DNA from: a virus
IMG/VR virus record: IMGVR_UViG_3300047160_007939
Location: 32,001 to 96,000 of that record
Reading direction: 5' to 3' (one strand)
Length of the DNA: 64,000 nucleotides
Positions 47,324-57,770 of the stretch are shown piece by piece. Every line of letters begins with the position of its first letter. Position 1 is the first letter of the stretch. A model generated the notes under the pieces. The model was not told where the DNA came from, ran no database searches, and saw only the letters and a program-made list of their open reading frames with translations. The translations under genes and the position numbers were made by a program.

Positions 47324-49333
47324 TCAGTTCTGCCAGTTGTCCCGCCAGCCGGCGTTCTTCGGGTCGTTCTCCCATTCCTGCCCGGCCCACGTCTCCCCGA
47401 TCTGCACCTCGGCGTCCACCGGGACCGGCGCAATCATCGGCGTACCCGCTTCGATGAGCAGGCCGCGCATCCAGGCTCCCACCTCTTCAGCCCGGTCGGT
47501 GGGAGCGAGCGCCACAATCTCGTCGTGGACCATCATAATCGGCGCGTAGGGTATCTCCTCGCGCCGCAGGTAGGCTTCCCCGAAGGCTGCCTTCAGAATG
47601 TCCGCTGCGCCGCCCTGGATGGGCGTATTGGCCCTTCGGGTGTTGGCGCGCATCCGATCGTACTCGGTGTTCTCATCGATCCAGCGGCGGCGACCGTTGG
47701 GCGTGCGCGTCTGCCGGCTCCCGCTCCGGCACAGGTTGATGTGCCATCGCTTGACACCGAAGTAGCCGTCGTCTTTGTCGAAGTAGCGGCTCTTATAGTC
47801 TTCGCAGGTGTTGAGGTGGAGCGCGATGCCGTACTCCGCGAGCGTGTTCCGCTGCAAGCCCTCGGCACTCATCATATAGATCAAGCCGAAGTTCACCGGC
47901 TTGGCAGCCTGCCGAAGCATCTTCCACTCGGACGGCTCGCAGTCGGCCTGGGTCTTGCCGGAGATGAGCTGCGCCGTCAACGAGTGGATGTCCAGCCCCT
48001 TCTGGTAGGCCGCGCGCATCTTCTTATCGCCTGTGATGTAAGCGCAGACACGCAGCTCGATCTGGGAGAGGTCCACCTTCACGTACCGGTAGCCAGCCGG
48101 AGCCTCGAAACAGCACCGATAGCGTGGGTCCCTCGGGATGTTCTGAAGGTTCGGGTCCCCGCAGGCCATCCGCCCGGTGCTGACGAACTGCCGCCAGTCA
48201 GCGCGGATCCGCCCGTCGATCAGCCGGCTCACCCCTTTCTTGCCCTTCCAGTAGGTGTGGCCGTAGGTCGTCTCGCGCTTGCGGTGCTCGCGCCAGTGCC
48301 GCAGCTCCCCGGCGAACGGGTGCTCGCAGAAGGCAAGCGTCACGTCTTCCGTGTCGGCCAGCGAGACGCCCAGCTCGGCGAAGAGCTGCATCAGCTCCGT
48401 CTTGCCGTCTAGATCCCACATCCAGCTCGGGCGCTTGCCGCGCGTGCCGTCCCAATCGGTGGCGAAGACGGTCCCCGCATCCTCGCCCCCCGGCTCGAAC
48501 ATCCCCTGCTGCTCCGGCCCGATGCGCTTCCCCTTCCCATCCACGTACTTCCGGGGCAGCATCCCGGTCAATGCCTTCTCGATCCCCAGCCGCTTTTCTT
48601 TGGCCTGGGCTTCCAGGGCGAGCCAGCGTTCCTCGTTGAACGGCACGCCGGCCTGGGCCATCACCACCAAGCCGGGGATCATCTTGTTCTCGATGACTGC
48701 CGTCGCCCAGAGGTTGTCGCGCCGGAGCTTCTCCGCCTGCTTGACGTGCAACCAGTGAAGGATCATCGCATCCTGGGCCGCGTAACGCCAGTGCTCCTCC
48801 GTCAGCTCGGGCGTGGTGGCAAACGTGAGCCGGATGGCCGGGTCCTTCTTCAGCGTGTGCCCCAGATGCGTCAACACCACGTCATCCAGCCCCAGGTCCA
48901 GCGAGCACTGATGGCCCTTCGCGTGGTTCTGGCAGAAGCGGCCCGAGTTCAACACCTGCTGCATCGCAATGCTATCCTGGACCCGGCCGGGTAGGAAGCC
49001 ATAGTGCTTGTAGGCTACCCCCAGGTCGAACTCCAGGTAGTGACCGAGCAGCCGCTTCTCCCACAAGATGGGCCAGATCGGTTCGGGGTTGACTTTCCAG
49101 AGGTCGATGAGCAGCGTCTCATCGGGCGCGGACAGGGCCAGCAGCCGGGGAGCCGGCCACTGGTCCTGCGGCGTGATGAGCGCCGTCTCGAAGTCGAAGC
49201 CCAGGTTCGGAGCGCGCTCCAGGTATCCCATTGCCGTCAGCAGGTCGTCGTTATGCTCGACCCTGGTGATCCGGTGCTGGGTCTTCTGGGGCAGTGCCGT
49301 CGCCGTCATCGCCTTTCCCTCTCCACCAGCCAC
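47324..49333 (-). CDS. family A DNA polymerase with 3'-5' exonuclease
   Basis: FDFET exonuclease; TGRM...PNLQNIP, DLSQIELR, R..AK.VNFGLIY, NTPIQG, VHDE. Confidence 0.95.
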   Translation of the reverse strand: MAGGEGKAMTATALPQKTQHRITRVEHNDDLLTAMGYLERAPNLGFDFETALITPQDQWPAPRLLALSAPDETLLIDLWKVNPEPIWPILWEKRLLGHYLEFDLGVAYKHYGFLPGRVQDSIAMQQVLNSGRFCQNHAKGHQCSLDLGLDDVVLTHLGHTLKKDPAIRLTFATTPELTEEHWRYAAQDAMILHWLHVKQAEKLRRDNLWATAVIENKMIPGLVVMAQAGVPFNEERWLALEAQAKEKRLGIEKALTGMLPRKYVDGKGKRIGPEQQGMFEPGGEDAGTVFATDWDGTRGKRPSWMWDLDGKTELMQLFAELGVSLADTEDVTLAFCEHPFAGELRHWREHRKRETTYGHTYWKGKKGVSRLIDGRIRADWRQFVSTGRMACGDPNLQNIPRDPRYRCCFEAPAGYRYVKVDLSQIELRVCAYITGDKKMRAAYQKGLDIHSLTAQLISGKTQADCEPSEWKMLRQAAKPVNFGLIYMMSAEGLQRNTLAEYGIALHLNTCEDYKSRYFDKDDGYFGVKRWHINLCRSGSRQTRTPNGRRRWIDENTEYDRMRANTRRANTPIQGGAADILKAAFGEAYLRREEIPYAPIMMVHDEIVALAPTDRAEEVGAWMRGLLIEAGTPMIAPVPVDAEVQIGETWAGQEWENDPKNAGWRDNWQN

Positions 49334-49534
49334 TTCGCCGTCACTTCCACCCAGCGTTCAAACCAGATACACCAGCAAGCCCCCCACACCAGCCCCAGGA
49401 AGTTGAACCAGTGGCAGTAAATGCCGTAGGTCGTGAAAACACCCAGCATCAACCCCCAACCCGTCCAGAAGATGAACCTCACCGTCATCGCTCCTATCCG
49501 CATCTGGCGCTCCACACGCCAGAAAGACGCCTCG

Positions 49535-51577
49535 TCATCGCAGCACATGCCAGATACCCTCGCTCGGCACACGCAGGGGCTTATCCGCCGGCCCTTTGAT
49601 GTGGCCGTGCTGGTAGTAGACAACCGGCTCGCCGGTCTTCGTCCGCTTCGTGCGCTTGACCCAATGCCCGCGCACCGGCCAGCGGCACGTCCACTCTACT
49701 TTGCCCGGCTCGCCCCCGCCGGCCTGCCTGCCGGCTGGCGTCTCGGCACGGCGCATCTGGATCACCTGGACGCTGGGCGGATGCAATCCGCCTTTGATGG
49801 CCGTCTTTCGCCGCCCGCTCCCCAACCCGAGCCGGTCCTTCCGTTCATCCACCAGCGGCTCGCGCCGGAAGAGCTTGCAGGGTACGACCGTCTGCGCCCA
49901 CGCCGGTTGGATCGGCTCGCCCACGCTGTAGTACGTGCATCCCCTGATCCGCAGGATCTTGTCGTAGCAGAGCACGTCGCGCTCATCTTCCAGTTCCAGC
50001 GCACGGCCTGCTTTGTAAGAGCGAGCGCATAGATCCGCGAACTTCGGGTTGACGGGCGAGTAGATGACTGCAAAGTGCATCAGGTAGTTGCTGTAGAGCG
50101 GATCGTCTATCGTCTCCAGGGCTGCCCGCGCCTCATCCGTCAGCTCCATCCCCCAGAGCACACACCCCAGCAGCTCACAGGACGTGTCGAGCAGGTTGCC
50201 CTCGCGGTTGTGCTCCTGCGCCTCGGGCCGCATACTGTGCGTGGAGAGAAGCGGCTGGACCCAGAACTCGGGAGCCTCGTCCCAGGCTTCCTGGGGAACC
50301 GGCTCGCCCAGGAAGCTCTCGAAGCCGGCCAGCGCATTGTGCTGCACTTCCTGGTCCCAGAGACACACCCGGCTGTTGGCTATCGCCTCGAAGATGCGCC
50401 AGTAGATGACCTCGGACATCGGGTCACCGTGATTGCGCCCGCCGAGGAGAACGGCCTTCTCAATCGTCTCCGGGTAGTTCGTAACCATCCCACGGAGAAC
50501 GAGGTCCCTGATCTGCGCCGCGTACCGGGGAGAGAGCATCGGGTTCCCGATGATGCCGGCAACGTGCGTCTGCCTGACCGTGCCCACCACCCGCTCCCGC
50601 CACTTGAGCTGGTAGAGCGTCCGGTCCACGAGGTTTCGCACCCACTCCGGGTTCGCGCGACCCAGGTCTGCGCTGTTGGGGTCCAGGATCGGCATCTCCA
50701 CCGCGCCCTTCGGAAACGGCTCGTGCCGGCGGGTCGAGACAGCCAGCGGCTGCCCGTGGACCTTAACTATCGTGTCACTCACGCCGTTGTTCTCCTTTCC
50801 GTTATCAGCTCCGAACTTCTCGGGATGCCGCTTCTGCCACTCAAGAACCTGATCCATCACCTTCTCACCCATCACGCGCCACTCGTCATCCGTGGAGCCG
50901 AGCGTTTTGTCGCAGGCGGAGCATAGCAGGTAGGCAATCACCGTGCCGCTTCTCGGGAAGTAGATGCCGCAGCGTCCCCACGGCCCAAAGCTCACCTTCA
51001 TACACGAAGCACACGTCGCGCCGCCGGCCATCTTCTCAACAATCTCACGCCGGATCTGCGTATGCTCCACTGCCGAGAGCTTCCGCAACCGCTCGGCAGT
51101 CTCGTGCTGGCTCTCCGCCGTGACAGTCAGCGGATGTTCGAGGCTGCCGAAAACCGAAACCGCGAGCCGCATCTCCGGCGGCTCCGCTCGCTCCACAGCC
51201 TGCCGTGCATCCCGGTAGTCGAAGATATGCTTTCCTGCACGGTTCCGCAGCTCACGGTCGCCCGCTTCCGAGCGCCCGAGCTGCTTCGAGCAAGAGAAAC
51301 AAAGCAGGTAAGCGAGAACCATCCCCTCTGTCGGGAAGTAAATGTCACACTTGCCCCATCCCTCGAACTGCGGCTCCAGACAGGCAGGACAGACCGCCCC
51401 AGGACCTACCTTCTCGGCAACCCCCGCCATGATCTGCTGGTGTCTCTCCGGCGAGGCGCTGCGAAACGCATCCCACAGAGCATCCCGCGTATCCGGCGTC
51501 GTCTCCAAGAATACCTCACCGTCACCGAAAGCTGCTACGGCTAGGTTCATATCCGCCGTCACCACTCGCTCGCTCAC
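49535..51577 (-). CDS. hypothetical protein with duplicated Cys-rich N-terminal domain; possible internal start at 50782
   Basis: Two copies of C..C....WG.C.IYFP..G.V.AYLLC..C; C-terminal W.VRGHW motif. Confidence 0.6.
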   Translation of the reverse strand: MSERVVTADMNLAVAAFGDGEVFLETTPDTRDALWDAFRSASPERHQQIMAGVAEKVGPGAVCPACLEPQFEGWGKCDIYFPTEGMVLAYLLCFSCSKQLGRSEAGDRELRNRAGKHIFDYRDARQAVERAEPPEMRLAVSVFGSLEHPLTVTAESQHETAERLRKLSAVEHTQIRREIVEKMAGGATCASCMKVSFGPWGRCGIYFPRSGTVIAYLLCSACDKTLGSTDDEWRVMGEKVMDQVLEWQKRHPEKFGADNGKENNGVSDTIVKVHGQPLAVSTRRHEPFPKGAVEMPILDPNSADLGRANPEWVRNLVDRTLYQLKWRERVVGTVRQTHVAGIIGNPMLSPRYAAQIRDLVLRGMVTNYPETIEKAVLLGGRNHGDPMSEVIYWRIFEAIANSRVCLWDQEVQHNALAGFESFLGEPVPQEAWDEAPEFWVQPLLSTHSMRPEAQEHNREGNLLDTSCELLGCVLWGMELTDEARAALETIDDPLYSNYLMHFAVIYSPVNPKFADLCARSYKAGRALELEDERDVLCYDKILRIRGCTYYSVGEPIQPAWAQTVVPCKLFRREPLVDERKDRLGLGSGRRKTAIKGGLHPPSVQVIQMRRAETPAGRQAGGGEPGKVEWTCRWPVRGHWVKRTKRTKTGEPVVYYQHGHIKGPADKPLRVPSEGIWHVLR

Positions 51578-52095
51578 TTCTTTTCTCCTTTCTTCCCAGG
51601 CTGAACGGGATGCCGCCGGATCACCGCGATGGTCCATTCGTTACGCGCCCAGCTCTGGCCGGTCAGCATCCGCACGAACTCCGTCTCCACGTACTCACGG
51701 CTATCGTCATCCGTCACCCCATCCCCGTCATTCCACTTCCGCCGGAACAGCCCATCCTCAACCGGCTTGATGCCGGCTTCCACGTTCCGCTGGTCCATCA
51801 CCCGTCCGCGCAGCACCCACCACTGAACCAGCACCCGCTCATCCGTCTGGAAGCGGTCCAGCCGCCAGTAGTAGATTGCCAGCGTCTGACCGGCCTTCAT
51901 CTCGCGCCCGAGCGCCTGGAAGTGGCCGGGCCGGGCGTTCTGGCAGGTACGCGCCGGATCCCACGGCACGGCAATCCGCGCCAGCTCATCCTCTGCCGGC
52001 GGCGGGACCTTCGCCATCTCGCGGTGCAGGTCGGCGTAGCTGGGCAGCTTCGGCGGCTTTGGCAGCTTGAGCGGCTTGATCCGGCTAGTCGTCAT
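51574..52095 (-). CDS. hypothetical protein (173 aa)
   Basis: Overlapping start/stop coupling at both ends. Confidence 0.55.
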   Translation of the reverse strand: MTTSRIKPLKLPKPPKLPSYADLHREMAKVPPPAEDELARIAVPWDPARTCQNARPGHFQALGREMKAGQTLAIYYWRLDRFQTDERVLVQWWVLRGRVMDQRNVEAGIKPVEDGLFRRKWNDGDGVTDDDSREYVETEFVRMLTGQSWARNEWTIAVIRRHPVQPGKKGEKK

Positions 52096-53479
52096 CGAAC
52101 ACTTCGCTCCCCTGGCGCTCGTAGAAGCTCGCCAGCCGGCGTCGGAACACCACGTCGATGGCTCCAGTCGGGCCGTGCCGATGCTTCTCCAGGAAGAACT
52201 GCGCCTCTTCTCCGTGAGCCGGGTTGTCTTTGGAAGCCGCCATCGACTGCTTCAACTTGTCGTGGTCGTAGTAGGTCGGACAGTACGGGAAGATCACCGC
52301 ATCCGCCGCTGCCTCGATCATGCCGCTTTCCCGTAAGTCGGAGAGCATCGGACGCTTGTCTTCTCTCTTCTCGACCATCCGCGAGAGCTGGGAGAGAACG
52401 ACGCCGGCCACGTCCAGCTCCCGGAACAGCTCCACGAGGTTCCCGGTCAGCGCCGCCACTTCCTGATCGCGGGTATCACGCTGCACCGACAGCACCAGTT
52501 GCAGATAGTCTACGACCAGCACATCCAGACCCTCATCCACCTTCAACCGGCGTGCCCGACTTCGGAGCTGCCCGAAGGTAAGGCGAGGCTGGTCGTCAAT
52601 GAAGATCGGCAGCTCGCTGATGTCGGTGAGCGCCTGAACAATGGTCGCCCACTCGTCACCTTCTTCCCCCAGCTTGCCGGTTCGCATCCGATTGCTGTCA
52701 ATCTCCGTCTCGGCGGAAAGCAGCCGAAGGCCGGCCACGCCTTCCTTCATCTCCAGGCTGACCACCCCCACAACATGACCAGCCTTCGCCGCCGTGCGCG
52801 CGATGTCCAGCCCGAGCGCGCTCTTACCCATCCCTGGCCTGCCGGCAATAACCGTCATCTGGCTCTTCTGAAGCCCACCCAGCATCTCATCCAGCGTCGG
52901 AAACCCGGTCGGGATGCCAGTGATGCCGGTCCCCAGCGTGTGGGCGCGCTCGATGTTCTCGAACGCCTTCGCCACGGCCACGCTGATCGGTCGGAACCCA
53001 CCCTCGTCCTGGCGACGGCGGATCTTGAAGACCTCACGCTCCGCCTCTTCGAGCTGCTCATCCAGCGTCTTCTCGTGCCGCAGCGCCGCGCCCGCTATCC
53101 GCTGGCCCAGCTTCATCAGCCGCCGCTCGTCGTAGGTGTCGCGCACCCGCTTCACGTACTCGTCCACGTTCGCCGGCACACTGGTCGCCGACGCCAGCTC
53201 TTCGAGGAAGGGTCGTCCCTGCGCCTGTGCTATCAGGTTCAACCGCTCCAGCTCGCTGTGAAGCGTCACCACGTCAACCGGCTTCTTCTGCCGAACCAGC
53301 TCCTGGATCCCGATGAACACGCTGCGGTGCTTGGGTGTATAGAACTCGTCGCCCGTCAGCTTCTCCGCCAGCGTTTCGGCAGCCTCACCATCCTTCAGTG
53401 CCGCTGACAGCGCAGCAATCTCCGCCGGTACATCCTGGGGGATAATCTCCTCCAGGGTCGGTCCATTCTGCTCACTCAC
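52085..53479 (-). CDS. dnaB: replicative DNA helicase
   Basis: GRPGMGKS, SLEM, VVDYLQL, LSQLSR, DLRESG.IE..AD, KHRHGPTG. Confidence 0.95.
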   Translation of the reverse strand: MSEQNGPTLEEIIPQDVPAEIAALSAALKDGEAAETLAEKLTGDEFYTPKHRSVFIGIQELVRQKKPVDVVTLHSELERLNLIAQAQGRPFLEELASATSVPANVDEYVKRVRDTYDERRLMKLGQRIAGAALRHEKTLDEQLEEAEREVFKIRRRQDEGGFRPISVAVAKAFENIERAHTLGTGITGIPTGFPTLDEMLGGLQKSQMTVIAGRPGMGKSALGLDIARTAAKAGHVVGVVSLEMKEGVAGLRLLSAETEIDSNRMRTGKLGEEGDEWATIVQALTDISELPIFIDDQPRLTFGQLRSRARRLKVDEGLDVLVVDYLQLVLSVQRDTRDQEVAALTGNLVELFRELDVAGVVLSQLSRMVEKREDKRPMLSDLRESGMIEAAADAVIFPYCPTYYDHDKLKQSMAASKDNPAHGEEAQFFLEKHRHGPTGAIDVVFRRRLASFYERQGSEVFDDD

Positions 53480-54546
53480 CGTCTGCTCTCCTTTCTCGGG
53501 AAGTCTTCCCGACTGACACGGCCTGCTTTGACCGCCTGCCGCGCTTCATCCATCGTCATCGCACCACCCTGCTCAACCACCATCTCCAGGGTCTTGCCCC
53601 GCTTCCGAGCGTGCCGCGCTTCGGCGTCATCCAGCCAGTAGCGGTACACCCGCTCCGGCTCGCCCCGCTTCACTCCGACAGCCCTCACCCTCGCCATCGC
53701 GTCTTCCAGGTCCTGCTCGAACATCAGCAGCGTTTCAGGGTCGTGCCCTCGCTCGCGCGCCTTCGCGCTCGCGCGTTCCACTGTCTGCACCAGCAGCGTC
53801 AGCGTCAGCCCCTCGCCGGCCAGCCGGCAGAGCATTGCCCTCTCTCGGGCCAGCACCCGGCTCGCCGTGCCGAGGGTCCCTTTCAACGCCCGTACCTCGT
53901 CACCCCACCCATCCGGCAAACCATCCGCTAGGTCGCCAGTGCCGCGACCGAGCGGTGAGTACGTGTGTACCGGGCTTGTACCTTCTTCCGAGGGTGCGCC
54001 CGCTTGCCAAACCTCCCTATCGGGGTTTTCAGGTCGATTGGAACTCTTGCACCCAGCCCCATCCGAAAGGCCGGCGGGCTGGCGTACCTGCCGGCCTTGT
54101 ACTCTAGTGGTACTCTTGTGGGCATGTAAGGGTTGGCACGTTTCGTCCCTCAAGTTGGCACGTTTCGTGCCAACTACAGTAGGCACGTTTCGTGCCAACT
54201 TGGAAGAAAGCACTAGCCTATCAAGCGCGTCTTCGTTTACGCGGAAGAAGAGACGGCACGGTTTGCCCGCTTCCTTCTCCTCCCAGAAGCCGGTAGCCCG
54301 CAGCCTCGCCCTCGCGTTCTCCTGCTGCTTCCGGTCGAGGCGGGTTTCCTCATACCACTCCTCGCGTGTCTTCCAGAACCATCCATCGGGAAGGGTACTG
54401 TGCTCGGTCCAGTAGAGCGCCTGGGACAGCATCAGCGCGGCATTGATCGAGCCGGTGATGTCTACGAGCGCCGGATGGAAGGTGACGGACCTTCCCAGAA
54501 GCTTCAGGACTGACAATTGCTTGCTTCTCGAACTGCTTAACGCCAT
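53476..54546 (-). CDS. phage replication initiator (O-like, N-terminal wHTH)
   Basis: ITGSINAALMLSQ.LYW....GWFWKT.EEW.EE motif; adjacent to dnaB; internal repeats. Confidence 0.75.
   Translation of the reverse strand: MALSSSRSKQLSVLKLLGRSVTFHPALVDITGSINAALMLSQALYWTEHSTLPDGWFWKTREEWYEETRLDRKQQENARARLRATGFWEEKEAGKPCRLFFRVNEDALDRLVLSSKLARNVPTVVGTKRANLRDETCQPLHAHKSTTRVQGRQVRQPAGLSDGAGCKSSNRPENPDREVWQAGAPSEEGTSPVHTYSPLGRGTGDLADGLPDGWGDEVRALKGTLGTASRVLARERAMLCRLAGEGLTLTLLVQTVERASAKARERGHDPETLLMFEQDLEDAMARVRAVGVKRGEPERVYRYWLDDAEARHARKRGKTLEMVVEQGGAMTMDEARQAVKAGRVSREDFPRKESRR
54132..54200. repeat. three iteron-like palindromic repeats (candidate origin)
   Basis: GGCACGTTTCGT(G/C)CC x3; central AGTTGGCACG-TTT-CGTGCCAACT palindrome. 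Confidence 0.7.
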
Positions 54547-54568
54547 CGACCTAACTCCCGAGCAACAG

Positions 54569-54604
54569 AAAGCCCTAACCCGCTGGCGTTCGGGTTAGGG
54601 CTTT
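54569..54604. terminator. 14-bp hairpin, terminator/attenuator-like
   Basis: AAAGCCCTAACCCG-N8-CGGGTTAGGGCTTT upstream of the initiator gene. Confidence 0.5.
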
Positions 54605-54719
54605 GGGCCTGCCGCCCCCGGCAAACCTTCGGGCGACCGAAAGCCGGGGGACGCTTTGACGACCGCACGAGCAACGCCAGATGCTCTAACGGTCTAAATT
54701 GTCGGTGCTACACCACGGC

Positions 54720-54968
54720 CTACTCCACGATCCGCACCTCGCTCACGGGTGGGCGCGCGTTCAGCTTCAACGTGCCGTCGTCGCTCTCCTCTGCCCCGAT
54801 CTTTCGGAGCCAGCTCCGAAGGGTGGCCGGCATCACGCCGAGGTGTCGCGCAACTTCTGCCGTGCCTCGATACTTCTGGTATAACAGGACGAGGGCTTCG
54901 GGCAGGTCACAACCCATCCGTTCTTCAATCTGGCGGATGGTCGGCGTCTTCAAAAGCAGGGCGGTCAT
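54720..54968 (-). CDS. small HTH DNA-binding protein (Cro-like position)
   Basis: TAEVARHLGVMPATLRSWL; first gene of the leftward arm. Confidence 0.7.
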   Translation of the reverse strand: MTALLLKTPTIRQIEERMGCDLPEALVLLYQKYRGTAEVARHLGVMPATLRSWLRKIGAEESDDGTLKLNARPPVSEVRIVE

Positions 54969-54974
54969 CAGGTA

Positions 54975-55050
54975 TGATATACCCGCTCCGGCAGGCCCGT
55001 GTCAAGCGTAAAATCTGGTTCTTGACAATCATTGTGAAACCTGCTATACT
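54975..55050. promoter_or_regulatory. back-to-back divergent promoters
   Basis: + strand TTGACA(55022)-N17-TATACT; - strand TTGACA at 55005-55000; gene orientation switches here. Confidence 0.7.
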
Positions 55051-55116
55051 ATGGTCAGCCTCGGGCTGGGGTTCCAGACCGAACGTATCACACTCGAAAG
55101 GAGAGCAAGCAGACAG

Positions 55117-55821
55117 ATGTCACACATGACGACCATCAACACCAACCTGCGAAGCGAGCCGTTCATCCGAAAGGCTCTGGAGAAGCTGGGCTTCCAGGTG
55201 GAAGAGGATCAGAAGGTCCCCTACTACTACGGCCAGCCGAAGCAGAGCAGCCTCGTCTTCGGCGCGGGGACGGCCACCGACCACGAGAGCGGCATCGCTT
55301 ACCGGTGCGGCCTGAACTACGAAGACACCGGGCGGGAAGCCGACAACGGCTACACCTTTATGACGGACTATTGGGGGATGGACTGCTCGAAGGAAGGGCA
55401 GGAAGTCCTGGACCGGCTCGGCTGCGAGCGCGTCAACCCGAGCGACCCCAACAGCGCCCACTGGAAGTGGGAGCGCGGCGGGCACGTCGGCGTCAGCGGG
55501 CCGAAGAAGCTCCAGCAGGTCTACGTGGGCGAGGTCGTGCAGTACGCGAGCCAGTACCAGGGCCGACGCTTGACGACCATCGAGATGCCGAACGGCGACG
55601 TGCGGCACGAGCAGCGCGGGGGCGACCTGGGCAATCAGGTCGTGGTGGTGACCGCGCTCAAAGACGGCTCGGTGAAGATCCACGTTGAGGGCGGGGACGG
55701 GGAGAGCTGCCTCGTCGCCACCAAGTTCCTCGAAGACATTCTCGGCACGTTCGCCTCGCGGGAGATGCTTCCCGAGAGCCAGCGGGCCGGCGTGCAGGCA
55801 GCGGCGCGAGCCTCGGCCTGA
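55117..55821 (+). CDS. DUF1257-DUF2997 fusion-like protein
   Basis: MSH.TTI.T.L.....L..AL..LG N-terminus; DG.V...V.G..G..C...T..LE..LG C-terminus. Confidence 0.7.
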   Translation: MSHMTTINTNLRSEPFIRKALEKLGFQVEEDQKVPYYYGQPKQSSLVFGAGTATDHESGIAYRCGLNYEDTGREADNGYTFMTDYWGMDCSKEGQEVLDRLGCERVNPSDPNSAHWKWERGGHVGVSGPKKLQQVYVGEVVQYASQYQGRRLTTIEMPNGDVRHEQRGGDLGNQVVVVTALKDGSVKIHVEGGDGESCLVATKFLEDILGTFASREMLPESQRAGVQAAARASA

Positions 55822-55850
55822 CACAACAGGTAGAAAGGAGAACACGAGAG

Positions 55851-57770
55851 ATGGAAGAAGAGGTAACCCAGAGCAACTGGCGCGAGCGGCTCGCGCCCTA
55901 CCCCAAGTGGGTGTCGCAGTTCTACGGCCTGACCAACAGCCAGAGCGCCCACATGTTCCTCTTGCACGGCGAGGGGGTGGACGACTACGTGATCGGGACA
56001 ACGGCCCTGCGGCCCTTCCTGGAGAGCTTCCTGCGGCCCAGCGCAAAGGAGCGGGTCGCCCCTGGCGAGAAGAACCATCTACTGGTCTTCTATAACAGGG
56101 CGAGAGGCATCGTCTTCGGCGCGGATCCGAAGAACGCCGATCCGAGGGACACGCAGCGCGAAGCCGCGAGGAAGCTGTTCGAGAAGGTCATTGGCCGGCT
56201 CGAAGCGGCCCAGCAGCTCCAGAGCCTGCTGCCGGGTGGGGCAAGCCGGCAGGCCAGCCAGGAGAACGACCTTCCGGCACTGGAGAGCCAGCCGGCAGCG
56301 GTGATGCCGCTGTTCGACAAGCTCCTCGCGCAGAAGGAAGTCGAGGTGACCCTGGTCATCGAGGCTGCCGAGACGCTCTGCCCGAACGCGGAGTTCGCCG
56401 CGATGACCCCGGAAGACCGCAACATGCTGGTGCTCTTTCGCAGTTGGGGGCAGGACATCGGCATCGGCAACCGTGGGCACAGCATTCTCGTGACCACGGG
56501 CGACGTGTCCAACCTGCATCCGAGCCTGCGCGAAGCCACCAGCGGGGCGCGAAGCCTGGAAGCGCCGCTTCCCGACTTCGACCGGCGGCTGAAGTTCATC
56601 GGCGACCTCGCCGACGCTTACGCGCAGGACGGGGAAGAGGTGCTGGCCGTGGAGCCGGTGGAGTTCGCCGGCATCAGCGCGGGGCTGCCGTACCGGGGCA
56701 TCGAAGACATCGTGCTCCAGGCAGTCTACGAGGAGATGCCGGTGGACCGGGCGATGATCCTGGACCGGAAGCGAGACATGATCGCGCAGTCCTACGGCGA
56801 GGTGATCGAGGTGATGGACCCGGAGAGCGGGTTCGAGGATGTCGGCGGGCTGGACCGGGTGAAGGACTGGTTTCAGCGAAACGTCATCCAGCCGCTTCGC
56901 ACCGGCAACCGGAAGCGCGCGAAGAAGGGCGCAATCCTGGCGGGACCTCCGGGGACCGGCAAGACCAAGCTCTCGATGGCTGTGGCGCGAGAGAGCGGCG
57001 TGACCTGCTGCGTACTCAACCCGGCGCTCATCCTGGGGCACTACGTTGGGGACAGCGAGAGGGCGATGCGCCGCGCGCTGAACCTCATCTGGAGCCTGGG
57101 CCACACCGTGGTCTTCGTGGATGAGTTCGACCAGCTCGGGTTCAACCGGAACTCGGAAGGCGACAGCGGCGTGGGGTCGCGGCTGATGAAGCAGCTCATG
57201 GAAGCGATGGGCAGCGAGAAGGGGCGAGGCAGGGTATTCTGGCTGGCAGCGACCAACCGGCCTGACCTGCTCGACGCTGCGATGATCAGGGATGGCCGCT
57301 TCGATGCGAAGATCCCGATCCTTCCGCCTGTGTTGGAAGAGCGAGAGAGCATCCTGAAGGTAATGGGGGTGCGCTTCTTCGGCGAGCTGCCGGAAGCGGT
57401 GATTAAGAAAGTCGCCGAGCAGACCGAGAGCTGGACCGGCGCGGAGATGGAAGCCTTCTGCCTGAAGGCGTGGGAGCTGCTCGAAGACGAGCGAGCCTCG
57501 GACGTGATGGGCGCGTTCGAGCTGGCCCGCCAGCTCTATCGCCCGACGACCAGGGAGATTGAGCAACAGAGCCGGTACGCGCTTGCCATCTGCAACGACT
57601 ACGACCTGCTTCCCGAAGCGGTGCGGCAGAAGGCCGAGGCAGCGAAGGAGCAGGCCGGCCAGCCGGCTGGCGATGACGAAGACGACGAAGACGATGACTG
57701 GAGCGGCTTTGCCCGGCATAAGGGCAAAGGGCGCAAGTCCATCAAGCCCGAGAAAGGAGAAGAGCAGTGA
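55851..57770 (+). CDS. AAA+ ATPase (Ycf46/CDC48-like)
   Basis: DVGGL, GPPGTGKT, VFVDE, ATNRPD.LD.A..R.GRFD. Confidence 0.9.
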   Translation: MEEEVTQSNWRERLAPYPKWVSQFYGLTNSQSAHMFLLHGEGVDDYVIGTTALRPFLESFLRPSAKERVAPGEKNHLLVFYNRARGIVFGADPKNADPRDTQREAARKLFEKVIGRLEAAQQLQSLLPGGASRQASQENDLPALESQPAAVMPLFDKLLAQKEVEVTLVIEAAETLCPNAEFAAMTPEDRNMLVLFRSWGQDIGIGNRGHSILVTTGDVSNLHPSLREATSGARSLEAPLPDFDRRLKFIGDLADAYAQDGEEVLAVEPVEFAGISAGLPYRGIEDIVLQAVYEEMPVDRAMILDRKRDMIAQSYGEVIEVMDPESGFEDVGGLDRVKDWFQRNVIQPLRTGNRKRAKKGAILAGPPGTGKTKLSMAVARESGVTCCVLNPALILGHYVGDSERAMRRALNLIWSLGHTVVFVDEFDQLGFNRNSEGDSGVGSRLMKQLMEAMGSEKGRGRVFWLAATNRPDLLDAAMIRDGRFDAKIPILPPVLEERESILKVMGVRFFGELPEAVIKKVAEQTESWTGAEMEAFCLKAWELLEDERASDVMGAFELARQLYRPTTREIEQQSRYALAICNDYDLLPEAVRQKAEAAKEQAGQPAGDDEDDEDDDWSGFARHKGKGRKSIKPEKGEEQ

